Shown here: positions 9,792 through 18,261 of the stretch, one piece after another
Layout: every line of letters starts with the position of its first letter
Numbering within the stretch: the stretch's first letter is position 1
DNA from: Thermoflexus hugenholtzii JAD2
GTDB lineage: Bacteria; Chloroflexota; UBA11872; UBA12225
Direction: 5' to 3'
NCBI GenBank assembly: GCA_945865725.1
Contig: CAMBEO010000001.1
Coordinates: 51,102 to 115,101, forward strand
Length of the DNA stretch: 64,000 nt
Notes under the pieces: generated by a model
Seen by the model: the letters and a program-made list of their open reading frames with translations, nothing else
Told to the model about the DNA's origin: nothing
Database searches by the model: none
Made by a program: the position numbers and the translations under genes

Positions 9792-11630
9792 TCAGCCCAC
9801 GCCTAGCGTGGCGTTCTCTTGCTGGGTCCAGCGGGTCAGCGCCTCGGCCACCAGGCCGGGCTGTTCCTTTGCCAGTTGCCGGACCTCTTCCCGGCGCTGG
9901 GCACGCTCGGAGGGGCTGAGCTGGCGCCGACGCCGACCGCCACCGCCACCGCCGGACGTCGCGGATACCGCTTGCTGGGCTTCCGGAGGCAGGGTCGCCA
10001 TCACGTGGTGCGGGATCTCGTACGGCTGGCCGGAGGCCTTCGCCGCGAGGTAGCGAGCGCGCTCGTCCGGCGGAAGCATCGATAGCACGTGGTCCGGGAG
10101 TTCCTGCCCCGAGGAGGAACCGAGCAGGGCCGCGAGTTGCGCGTTGATCGAGGCGGGATCGACAAGCGCCGCGGCCCCGCCGCGACCCTCGGGAAGGGCG
10201 CCGATCTCGTGACCGTCGACCGACATCGCGCGAGGCTTGATGCTGGAGGAGAGCAGGCGGAAGACCACGAACAGGCCGATCAACGCCGCCAGCAGGCCAC
10301 CGGCCTTGACGCCCAGCTGGATGTACTCGTTCTGCTGCGCCTGGGCCGCCTGCGCCTCGAGATCCTTCGACAGGCTGGTGTCGAACGGCACCGTCACGAC
10401 CGCGATCTGGTCGCCGCGCGCCGGCTGCAATCCGACCGCCGCCGAGACCGCCTGGGTGAGCTGGTCCGCCTGGATGTTCTGGACGGCCTGGTCAACCATC
10501 ACGGCGATGCCGACCGACCGGATCTCGCCGGGCGCGCGGGAAATCGCTCGCTTGTCGGACGACACCTCGTAGTTGGTGGTCACGTCGGACTTCTGGAAGC
10601 TGGAGGACCCGCCGCCGGCTGCCCCGGTCCCACCCGCCTGGAAGGACGGGATGTTCGTCTGCGTCCCCGGGACGCCCCCGGCCGTCTGCACGTCGGCCCC
10701 GGTCCCGCTGAAGCTCTCGCGCGCGTCCTTCTGGCTGCGCGTCTGGGGCTGGAGTTGCCCGGGCGAGTACGTCTCCACCTTTTGCTCGACCGTGTCCCAA
10801 TCGAGGGCGACGGTGGCCTTGACGACGGACCGGCTCTTGCCAAGCGCCTGGTCAAGCAATTGCTGGACCTTCCGCTCGATCTCGGACTCGCGGGCGTGTT
10901 GCACCTCAAGCCGGGCGCTCGCCTGCTTGTTCGCCGCGATCTCGGAACTGTCCGCCTTGCCCAAGGTGTTGCCGTTGGAGTCGATCACCGCGACGTTCTC
11001 GGCCTTGAGGCCCTCGACCGACTTCGACACGAGGAACTTGATCGAGGTGACCTGGTTGTCGGTCACCTTCGCCCCGGCCTTCGGCTTGATGATGACGCTG
11101 GCGCTCGCCTCGCGCTGCTGCGCGGCGAAGAGCCGGTCTTGCGGCAGGACGAGGTGCACCCGCGCCTGGTCGACGGCGCTGATGCGACCGATCGTTCGCA
11201 TCAGCTCGCCCTCGAGGCCCCGCTGGTAGTTCAGTCGCTGCGCGAAGTCGGTGATGCCCAGGTTCGCCCGGTCGAACACTTCCATGCCGACCACGCCGAC
11301 GCCGGTGCCGTTCGGCAGGCCGGCCGACGCGAGCTGGAGCCGAAGGTCGGCCGCCTGCTCGTTCGGCACCCGGACCGTCTGGCCCCCGTCAGTGATCGAG
11401 TAGGCGACCTTGAACTCGCGAAGCTTGGCGACGACGGCCGCCGCGTCCCCCTCGTTCAGGTTCGAGTACAGCGGCACCGTGGCCGGCGGCTGCAGGTAGA
11501 CGAACGCGCTGAACAGCGCGGCCAGGACGACGACCGCCCCGACCGCAAAACCAACTTGCCGCGACCGCCCCATGGCCAACCACGCCTGGGGCAAGTCCCG
11601 GAACGATTGAGTGATGCCCTCGCTGTTCAC
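9792..11630 (-). CDS. fliF: flagellar MS-ring protein FliF
   Basis: N-terminal TM segment, YscJ/FliF-like ...YSNLNEGDAAAVVAKLREFKVAYSI...VRVP..., and a second TM near the C-terminus. GTG start with GGGAGG 6 nt upstream. Confidence 0.9.
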   Translation of the reverse strand: MNSEGITQSFRDLPQAWLAMGRSRQVGFAVGAVVVLAALFSAFVYLQPPATVPLYSNLNEGDAAAVVAKLREFKVAYSITDGGQTVRVPNEQAADLRLQLASAGLPNGTGVGVVGMEVFDRANLGITDFAQRLNYQRGLEGELMRTIGRISAVDQARVHLVLPQDRLFAAQQREASASVIIKPKAGAKVTDNQVTSIKFLVSKSVEGLKAENVAVIDSNGNTLGKADSSEIAANKQASARLEVQHARESEIERKVQQLLDQALGKSRSVVKATVALDWDTVEQKVETYSPGQLQPQTRSQKDARESFSGTGADVQTAGGVPGTQTNIPSFQAGGTGAAGGGSSSFQKSDVTTNYEVSSDKRAISRAPGEIRSVGIAVMVDQAVQNIQADQLTQAVSAAVGLQPARGDQIAVVTVPFDTSLSKDLEAQAAQAQQNEYIQLGVKAGGLLAALIGLFVVFRLLSSSIKPRAMSVDGHEIGALPEGRGGAAALVDPASINAQLAALLGSSSGQELPDHVLSMLPPDERARYLAAKASGQPYEIPHHVMATLPPEAQQAVSATSGGGGGGRRRRQLSPSERAQRREEVRQLAKEQPGLVAEALTRWTQQENATLGVG

Positions 11631-11791
11631 CGACGCCTCCCAACCTCTCTGGCCGCACTGGCCGGGCTATCCCCGACCCGTCGCCATCGGCAGCGCGCGC
11701 TGGCCGCGTTCGAACCCGGGTCACCCTTGCGGATGCCCCCCGGGGCGGTCGGCACGCGTGGCAGCGCGCACCGACCCGCGGTCACCGCCAC

Positions 11792-12172
11792 CTAGATCTG
11801 CATCCGCACCACTTCCTGGTATGCCTCGAGCAGCTTGTTCCGGACCTGGACCGCAAGCCCGAACCCGAGGTTCGCGCTCTCCATCCCGATCAACACCTGG
11901 TGGAGGTCCACCGACTCGCCGGCGACCATGCGCGCCGCCTTGTCGTCCGCCACCTTGTATGCCTCGTTGGTGTCCTGCAAGGCGTTCGACAGCACCGCCG
12001 CGAACGACTCCATCACGCCCTTGGCCGGCTGGCCCGCCTGCACGCCGTTGAGCGCGAGATGAGCGACGTGTGGCGCCACGACCTGGGCCGGTGGGATGAC
12101 CCCTCGGCCGATGCCTCCGCCGAACCCGTTGCTCACCCCCGGTGGCATGACTGGTGGCAGTGTCACGTCCAT
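11792..12172 (-). CDS. fliE: flagellar hook-basal body protein FliE
   Basis: C-terminal ...VDLHQVLIGMESANLGFGLAVQVRNKLLEAYQEVVRMQI is the FliE signature. AAAGGGGAG lies upstream of the ATG. Confidence 0.85.
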   Translation of the reverse strand: MDVTLPPVMPPGVSNGFGGGIGRGVIPPAQVVAPHVAHLALNGVQAGQPAKGVMESFAAVLSNALQDTNEAYKVADDKAARMVAGESVDLHQVLIGMESANLGFGLAVQVRNKLLEAYQEVVRMQI

Positions 12173-12270
12173 CGTCCCGCTCCCCTTTCAGGTCGTTTCG
12201 GCCACTTCGGCCCCGGCTCCGCGCGTGCCTGGTTCGCCGTGCCCTGGCAGGGGCCCCGGCGCGACCTGCG

Positions 12271-12741
12271 CTACCGGCCGATCTCCAGCGCCTTGCTCGC
12301 CATCGCCTTCGCGGCATTCAGCGTCGTCACGTTCGCCTCGTACGCCCGTGTCGCCGAGAGCATGTCCGCCATCTCCGTCACCGGGTCGATGTCCGGGTAG
12401 CCCACGAAGCCGTCAACATCTGCATCCGGGTGGTCCGGCTCGTACGCCCGCCTGGCAGGGCGGTCGTCCGGGCCGACACGCGTCACCCGCACGCCCTGCC
12501 CGGGTGGCATGGACGCGCCGGTTGGCGACGGGATGGTCATGACGCCGTGCGCCAGCAGGATGGTCCGGAACGGGACCATCTCCTGGCGGGGCGCGAAGAC
12601 GACCTGCTGCCGACGGTACGGCCCGCCCTCGGCGGTCCGCGTGGTGTTCATGTTCGCGATGTTGTTCGCGATGACATCGGTGCGCAGCCGCTGCGCCGTC
12701 AGCGCCGACCCCGCGATCCGCAGCGCATTGAAGAACGACAT
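12271..12741 (-). CDS. flgC: flagellar basal-body rod protein FlgC
   Basis: MSFFNALRIAGSALTAQRLRTDVIANNIANMNTTRT...YVGYPDIDPVTEMADMLSATRAYEANV. GGAGG lies 5 nt upstream of ATG 12741. Confidence 0.9.
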   Translation of the reverse strand: MSFFNALRIAGSALTAQRLRTDVIANNIANMNTTRTAEGGPYRRQQVVFAPRQEMVPFRTILLAHGVMTIPSPTGASMPPGQGVRVTRVGPDDRPARRAYEPDHPDADVDGFVGYPDIDPVTEMADMLSATRAYEANVTTLNAAKAMASKALEIGR

Positions 12742-13080
12742 ACCCGCCTCCGAACGCCAAGACGACACCGCCGGAACCCGAGCGGGATCCTTGCCGAGAA
12801 GAATAGGATCGGGACCGGGCGCGCTCTATCGGGGAAACCCCTATAGGGGGTCGGCCGTTGGACGGACTTCTACCGACCGGCCCCAGAGGCGCGGTGCCGT
12901 CGGAGGGGCGCATGCTCCCGGCGGGGACGCCGGCGCGAGAACATCGCGACCCGCATGCGATGTACCGCGGTCTGGGAGGACCATCATGCCGGCACGCGGG
13001 TCGCGCGAACCCCGAACTTCGGGGGCGCGTCGTCGCGCGTCGGGGCGCAGGGGCCTCGACCCGGGCGGGTCCCGGGAATC

Positions 13081-13112
13081 GTGCGAGCCGCCCGTTGCCG
13101 GACGGCTCGCAC
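13081..13112 (-). terminator. GC-rich hairpin downstream of the coiled-coil gene (possible terminator, no U-tract)
   Basis: Perfect 10-bp stem, gtgcgagccg / cggctcgcac, with a 12-nt loop. It lies 44 nt past the stop at 13156. Confidence 0.3.
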
Positions 13113-13155
13113 GCGCGACGTTAGTGGGAGGCGGTCGGGGGGGCCCCGACGCCCG

Positions 13156-14931
13156 CTACAGCTCGGTCTGGAACGTCAGGGAACCCGGCGCCTCCTCGAC
13201 GAGGCGCAGGCGCATGCCGGCGAGACGCGTCAGCGCCCCGCGAAGGGCGACCCTGCCTTGGTGCGACACCTCGAGCGTGAGGATTCCCCGCTCGTAGCCG
13301 TTTGCCTTGGCATCCGCAACGCCTGGCACCTGCTGGATCGTGCGCTGCAGGTGCAACGCGCGCGAGAAGCCGGGCACGCCCTGGATGGTGATGGTGGTCT
13401 GAAGGATCGCGTCCGGGTCAATCCCCGATGCCGGCCCCTCGACCGCCGGCGCGCCGTTTGCCTCCTCGGTCGGCTCCTCGCCCGCCTCGTCGACGTCCTC
13501 GGGCGCGACGACCGCCTCGACAGCGGCCTCGGCGACAGCGTGAGAGGCCTCCGCGTCGGCAGCGGCCTGAGCGGCGGCATGGGCGGCCTCCGCGTCGGCA
13601 GCGGCCTGGGCGGCGGCATGGGAGGCCTCCGCGTCGGCAGCGGCCTGGGCGGCGGCACGGGCGGCCCCCGCATCGGCAACGGCCTGGGCGGCGGCACGGG
13701 AGGCCTCCGCGTCGGCAGCGGCCTGGGACGCAACCCGGGCGGCCTCCGCGTCGGCAGCGGCCTGGGACGCAGCCCGGGCGGCTACCGCATCGGCAGCGGC
13801 CTGGGACGCAGCCCGGGCGGCCTCCGCATCTGCAGCGGCCTGGGACGCAACCCGGGCGGATTCCGCGTCGGCAGCGGCCCGGACAGCGACGGCCTCCGCG
13901 TCGGCGGCAGCCTGGGCAGCAGCCCGGGCCGCGACATCAGCGGCTTGGCGAGAGGACTCGTCCGCCGCCGCATGGCGCGCCGCCTCGGCGGCCTGGGCCG
14001 CCTCCGCCGCCCGGTGCGCCGCCTCCGCCTGCCGGGCCGCCTCTTGCTCGGCCGCGGCCTGGCGCGAAGCCTCCCGCTCGGCCGCCAACCGCGCCGCCCC
14101 GGCGCGCGCCACCTCCGCTGCCTGCGCCGCGATGGCCGCCGCGCGCTCGGCCTCGGCGCGCTCGCGCGCCAATCGCTCCACTTCCGGGTCGGGTGCCGTC
14201 TGCCGGGGCGCCGGACGTGCCGACGTGATCGACTGCAACGTCCCGCTGATCGACGCCAGCGACCCCTCGCCCGTGACCGGGGCCGTGCGGGGCAGCAACC
14301 CCGTCAGGCTCCCGCGCAGCGACTGGATCTGGCTGTTCAGGAAGTTGTCGATCATCCCCTGGATGTGGCCGACGCGCTCCTCCAGGGTGCGCGCCTCCTC
14401 CTCCAGCTCGGCCTTGCGCGCCTGGGCGCGCGAGATCATCATCTCCACCGACGTGGCCGCCTCGGCCCGGACCCGCTCGATCTCCGCGACCGTGGTCGCC
14501 TTCTGCTCGCCAAGTTCCGCGTCGAGTTGCGCGCGCCGCTGCTGGTGGTCCGTCTCGAGGGCCGTCGCCTTCCGGTGCAGCTCCTCATCCTGGATGCGCA
14601 AGCGCACCGCAAGCTCGGTCTCCTGCTCGGTCCGGCGCCGGTTGAACTCTTCCTCCTCGTGCTGGCGGCGCCCCTTGAGGTCCGTGATCTCCTCCAGCAA
14701 GCGCGACCGGTCCGTCTGCAGGCGCCGCATGTAGGCGTCGGCGTCCTTCTCGACGTCACCCCGGATGTCCGCGGCGCTCCGTAGCGCGTACGAGATCTCG
14801 TCCCGAATCGCCCGCTCCATGCGGTCGTAAAGCTCGAGCCGACGCCGCGCCCACTCGTGCGTGATCTGGAGCTCCTCCTTGGAGGCCTCCGAGCTTGCCG
14901 GAGCCTGGTTCTCGAGATCGGATTGCGTCAT
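13156..14931 (-). CDS. orphan coiled-coil protein with an Ala-rich 13-residue repeat array and a small C-terminal globular domain
   Basis: 591-aa ORF in three parts: a charged heptad-like N-terminal 220 aa, about 10 copies of AAADAEAARAASQ, and a C-terminal ...IQGVPGFSRALHLQRTIQQVPGVADAKANGYERGILTLEV... No family recognised by eye. Confidence 0.6.
   Translation of the reverse strand: MTQSDLENQAPASSEASKEELQITHEWARRRLELYDRMERAIRDEISYALRSAADIRGDVEKDADAYMRRLQTDRSRLLEEITDLKGRRQHEEEEFNRRRTEQETELAVRLRIQDEELHRKATALETDHQQRRAQLDAELGEQKATTVAEIERVRAEAATSVEMMISRAQARKAELEEEARTLEERVGHIQGMIDNFLNSQIQSLRGSLTGLLPRTAPVTGEGSLASISGTLQSITSARPAPRQTAPDPEVERLARERAEAERAAAIAAQAAEVARAGAARLAAEREASRQAAAEQEAARQAEAAHRAAEAAQAAEAARHAAADESSRQAADVAARAAAQAAADAEAVAVRAAADAESARVASQAAADAEAARAASQAAADAVAARAASQAAADAEAARVASQAAADAEASRAAAQAVADAGAARAAAQAAADAEASHAAAQAAADAEAAHAAAQAAADAEASHAVAEAAVEAVVAPEDVDEAGEEPTEEANGAPAVEGPASGIDPDAILQTTITIQGVPGFSRALHLQRTIQQVPGVADAKANGYERGILTLEVSHQGRVALRGALTRLAGMRLRLVEEAPGSLTFQTEL
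13546..13935. repeat. about 10 tandem copies of a 39-bp unit (coding, in frame)
   Basis: Plus-strand unit ggcctccgcgtcggcagcggcctgggcggcggcatggga recurs head to tail with a few substitutions per copy. Confidence 0.85.
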
Positions 14932-15076
14932 CGTGTTGGCCTCTCCCCACCGGACACCGTTCCCGGGCCCGGCACGTCGCCTTGTGGCTCTCCACCCCGC
15001 GGGGCGCGACCGCCCGCGGCAACCGGCTTGCTCGCCATCGGCCTCGCCGTTTCGCGCGAGGCCTCTGGCGGTCCTC

Positions 15077-16060
15077 CTATCGTGTCGCCGTGCCCTCCCC
15101 CAGCACCACGCGCACGCCGTTCACCGACTGGCCCTCTCCGACCAGGATCTGCACCGGCGCGCCCTCGTACCCGGGCGACGACGCCACGATCGCGTACATG
15201 CCCTCGCGCACGTTCGAGACGCGCCATCGACCGTCGCCATCCGCGCGCGTTTCGAGCGTGCCTGACGGGCCGGTCACGACGACCCGCGCGTCGACCACGG
15301 GAGAACCACCGTCCCGGAAGACCACCACGCCCCCGAACCCGCTCCGGCCGGCGGCCAGGATCCCGGGCGTGGCGCTGACCGGTGCCTCCGGCGCGACGGT
15401 CGCGATCCCGAGCGAAGCCAGGTCTAATGCCGGCTCGACCTCGTCGCCCTCCGCGACCTCCTCGGCCACCGGGAGGTCGTCCATCACCTCGATCTCCTCG
15501 GACGGCGGGGCGAACAGGAGGGACGCGACGATCACGAGGACCGCGGCGGCGACGAGGACGCGAACCCATCCGGCGGGTCCGGCCCGATTGGTCGTGACGT
15601 CACTACCGGCGTCAGGCCGATCGTCAACCTCGGGCTCCAGGGGAACGGGCGCAGCGCCTGCGACCGGCGCGTCAAGGTCGGCGCTCCCCGCCTCGTCACC
15701 CTCGACAAGGCGGCGCAGCGCCGTGGGGGACGTGGCGACGCGGACGTCCGCCAGCACGCCGACAGCATCCGCCCCGCCCTCGTGGTACGCGATCAGGCGT
15801 GCGCCGCCGACCTTGCCGACGAGCGCGTTCGCCTCGCGCGCCGGGTGCCCGACGACCACCACGACGTCGGGGCGCACCCGCACGACCGTCGAGGCCGCGC
15901 CGTTCACGTCGAAGTGCACGATCGGGTCGTGGCCCCACGCCTCGAGGTCACCCGCGACCTCCGCAACCGCGTCGAGGTCCCGCCCGATGACCATGACCAG
16001 CGGGTCGCCGGACACGCCACCGCCGGGCGCTGGTCGCGGCGCGACGGACACCTCACTCAC
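15077..16060 (-). CDS. membrane protein: receiver-like N-terminal domain, one TM, acidic linker, CarboxypepD_reg-like C-terminal domain
   Basis: LVMVIGRD...RPDVVVVVGHP has a CheY-like strand pattern in which the phospho-acceptor Asp position appears to be Gly. TM is WVRVLVAAAVLVIVASLLF. C-terminus is VVVFRDGGSPVVDARVVVTGPSGTLETRADGDGRWRVSNVREGMYAIVASSPGY. Start is uncertain (GTG 16060 or ATG 15994). Confidence 0.5.
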   Translation of the reverse strand: MSEVSVAPRPAPGGGVSGDPLVMVIGRDLDAVAEVAGDLEAWGHDPIVHFDVNGAASTVVRVRPDVVVVVGHPAREANALVGKVGGARLIAYHEGGADAVGVLADVRVATSPTALRRLVEGDEAGSADLDAPVAGAAPVPLEPEVDDRPDAGSDVTTNRAGPAGWVRVLVAAAVLVIVASLLFAPPSEEIEVMDDLPVAEEVAEGDEVEPALDLASLGIATVAPEAPVSATPGILAAGRSGFGGVVVFRDGGSPVVDARVVVTGPSGTLETRADGDGRWRVSNVREGMYAIVASSPGYEGAPVQILVGEGQSVNGVRVVLGEGTATR

Positions 16061-16288
16061 CCCGATCTCGCCCCGTCGTCGCCGACCCCTCGTGCCTGTC
16101 CACCAACGGCTAGCATGTCGTAGGGATCCCCGGGACCTCCCGTGTCGGCGGAGCAGAGGATACCCGTTCCCGACCGGCGTGGCGGAGGAGCCATCCCCCC
16201 GGCACCCATCGGTGTCCCTGTCCAGAAGCGCACGCCACGACATGTCGTCATCTTGTCAAGCAATCTCGCGTCCGGTACGCTCGACCCG

Positions 16289-17311
16289 ATGGTGCCGATG
16301 CCGGCCGGTCAGGCCTCCACGATCCACGCGGGCGCGGACGCCCCAACCCCCGAACGGCGCACCACGCGTGTCGTGGCGTGGACCGCACTTGCCATAAACG
16401 TCGGCGTCATCCTCTGGGGCGCGGTCGTCCGCGCGACGGGGTCGGGGGCCGGTTGCGGGAACCACTGGCCCCTTTGCAACGGCGAGGTTCTGCCTACCGG
16501 CGCCGGCGTGACCACGCTGATCGAGTTCTCCCATCGCGTGACGAGCGGTATCGCCCTGCTTGGCACCGTCGCCCTTGTCGTGCAGGCATGGCGCGCCTAC
16601 CCGGCCGGCCACCGGGTCCGCCTCGGCGCCACCCTCGCCGCCATCACCATCATCGTCGAGTCGCTTCTGGGCGCGGGCCTCGTGCTCCTCGAGCTGGTGG
16701 CACAGGATCGATCGCTGGCCCGCGGCTGGTGGGTGGGCGCCCACCTGGTGAATACCCTCGCGTTGTTGTCGGCATTCACCGCGACGGCGGTCTGGTCGAC
16801 CGGCACGGGCGCCTCGCACCGGCCCCGCGACCCGTCGCGCATGCGCCTCCTCGCGGCGGTGGCGTTCGCGCTGGTCGCCATCGCCGTGACCGGAGCCACG
16901 GGCGCGATCACTGCCCTTGGCGACACGCTGTTCCCGGCTGCCACCCTCGCCGAGGGCCTGGCGCAGAAGGCCGCGGTCGATGCGCATCCCTTCGTCCGGA
17001 TGCGCATCTGGCATCCCGTGATCGCGATCACGGCGGCAGCGGCGCTTGCCGCGAGTGGACGGGCCCTCGCGTCTGCCTCGGGATCGCGCCGGGGGCGGCA
17101 ACTCGCGGACGCGGTCGCCCTCGCTTGCCTCGTCCAGGTCGCCGCGGGCGCGCTGAACGTCCTCCTGCTTGCCCCGGTCTGGATGCAGCTGGTTCACCTG
17201 GCCGTCGCCGATGCCATCTGGATCGGCAGCACCTGGATGGTCCTGGAGTGCCTCGCGGCGGGTGAGGCTACCGAGGGCGACCTCGTTGCCATGCGCCCCC
17301 CCGGGGGATGA
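16289..17311 (+). CDS. ctaA: heme A synthase (COX15/CtaA family)
   Basis: Polytopic membrane protein with WGAVVRATGSGAGCGNHWPLCNG and EFSHRVTSG motifs. Start is uncertain (ATG 16289 or GTG 16142). Confidence 0.75.
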   Translation: MVPMPAGQASTIHAGADAPTPERRTTRVVAWTALAINVGVILWGAVVRATGSGAGCGNHWPLCNGEVLPTGAGVTTLIEFSHRVTSGIALLGTVALVVQAWRAYPAGHRVRLGATLAAITIIVESLLGAGLVLLELVAQDRSLARGWWVGAHLVNTLALLSAFTATAVWSTGTGASHRPRDPSRMRLLAAVAFALVAIAVTGATGAITALGDTLFPAATLAEGLAQKAAVDAHPFVRMRIWHPVIAITAAAALAASGRALASASGSRRGRQLADAVALACLVQVAAGALNVLLLAPVWMQLVHLAVADAIWIGSTWMVLECLAAGEATEGDLVAMRPPGG

Positions 17312-17359
17312 CCACCTGAGGCCTCGCACGCGCGACCTCGTATTGAATGGCAGGCGCGG

Positions 17360-18247
17360 TCAACTCGCGCGTGGCGGTGGGGGTGACCCGGCGCCGGTCT
17401 CGCGCGCGAGGTAGTCGCGAACGGCGTCTCGCCACGGGCGTGGCGAGGCGAGGCCGAGGCGGCGCAGCCCGCCGTGCCCAAGGACGGAGTAGCGCGGACG
17501 CGGGGGGCCGCCCGCCGGCAGGTCTGCGAGTCGCGTCGGCGTCAGGTCGGCCGTGAGACCGGCCTCCTCCACGATGGCGACCGCCATCTCGAACCACGAG
17601 CACCATCCCGCGTTCGTCACGTGCACGATGCCCCGGGCTCCGAGCCGCAGGAGGTCCATCGTCGTCGCGGCGGCATCTGGCGCGTAACTCGGGGAGTGGA
17701 ACTGGTCGGCGACGACGCGCAATGGCCGGCCCGCCCTCGCTTGCGCCAGCATGGTGCCGACGAACGACGTGCCCCCCTTCGCGCGGCTTCCGCCGATGTC
17801 GAACAGGCTGGCCACGCGCACGATCAGGTGGTCGGGCGTCGTCGCCCGGACCAGTGCCTCGCCCGTCGCCTTCGAGATGCCGTAGACGGAACGAGGCGAC
17901 GGTACTGCCGACTCGTCGTAGGGTCGCGTCGCGTCGCCGTCGAACACGTAGTCGGTGCTGACCGTCACGCACGTCGCCCCGTGGCGGGCGGCGTGTTCGG
18001 CGACGACCTTGGCGCCGAGGGCGTTCACCCGCAGCGCCATGACCGGGTCCTCTTGTGCCGGCCCGTGCCAGACGGTGGCATTGACGACCACGTCGTACGG
18101 GTCCGCCAGGGCCAAGGCGACGCTTGTGGCGTCGGCCACCTCGATCGCGTCGTGCCCGAGGGGGAGCACGTCCCAACCCGACGACCTCGCCGCCTCGACC
18201 ATGGCCCGGCCGAACTGGCCAGTCGCGCCGATTACCGCCAGGCGCAT
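17360..18247 (-). CDS. rfbD: dTDP-4-dehydrorhamnose reductase
   Basis: MRLAVIGATGQFG...VSTDYVFDG...PRSVYGISKATGE matches the RmlD substrate-binding-domain pattern (YxxxK). Confidence 0.85.
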   Translation of the reverse strand: MRLAVIGATGQFGRAMVEAARSSGWDVLPLGHDAIEVADATSVALALADPYDVVVNATVWHGPAQEDPVMALRVNALGAKVVAEHAARHGATCVTVSTDYVFDGDATRPYDESAVPSPRSVYGISKATGEALVRATTPDHLIVRVASLFDIGGSRAKGGTSFVGTMLAQARAGRPLRVVADQFHSPSYAPDAAATTMDLLRLGARGIVHVTNAGWCSWFEMAVAIVEEAGLTADLTPTRLADLPAGGPPRPRYSVLGHGGLRRLGLASPRPWRDAVRDYLARETGAGSPPPPRAS

Positions 18248-18261
18248 CGCCGTCCTCCCGG

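Noticed and set aside
11690-11720. The sequence gcgttcgaacccggg in the fliF-fliE spacer, which resembles a tRNA T-loop.
   Set aside because: The flanking bases cannot form a T-stem or an acceptor stem, and no anticodon arm is present.
12769-13155. Attempted promoter call upstream of flgC: cccgatag as a sigma-28-like -10 box, tattct as a sigma-70-like -10 box, and the hairpin ctatcggggaaacccctatag near 12821-12845.
   Set aside because: The -35 elements and spacings do not fit either consensus well enough to support a call. Only the GGAGG RBS is solid.
13546-13935. Tandem arrays considered as possible CRISPR or satellite loci: 39-bp at 13546-13935, 18-bp at 26286-26411, 72-bp at 45470-45604.
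   Set aside because: The units are contiguous with no unique spacers. The periods are multiples of 3, and the arrays sit in frame in ORFs encoding plausible low-complexity peptide repeats.
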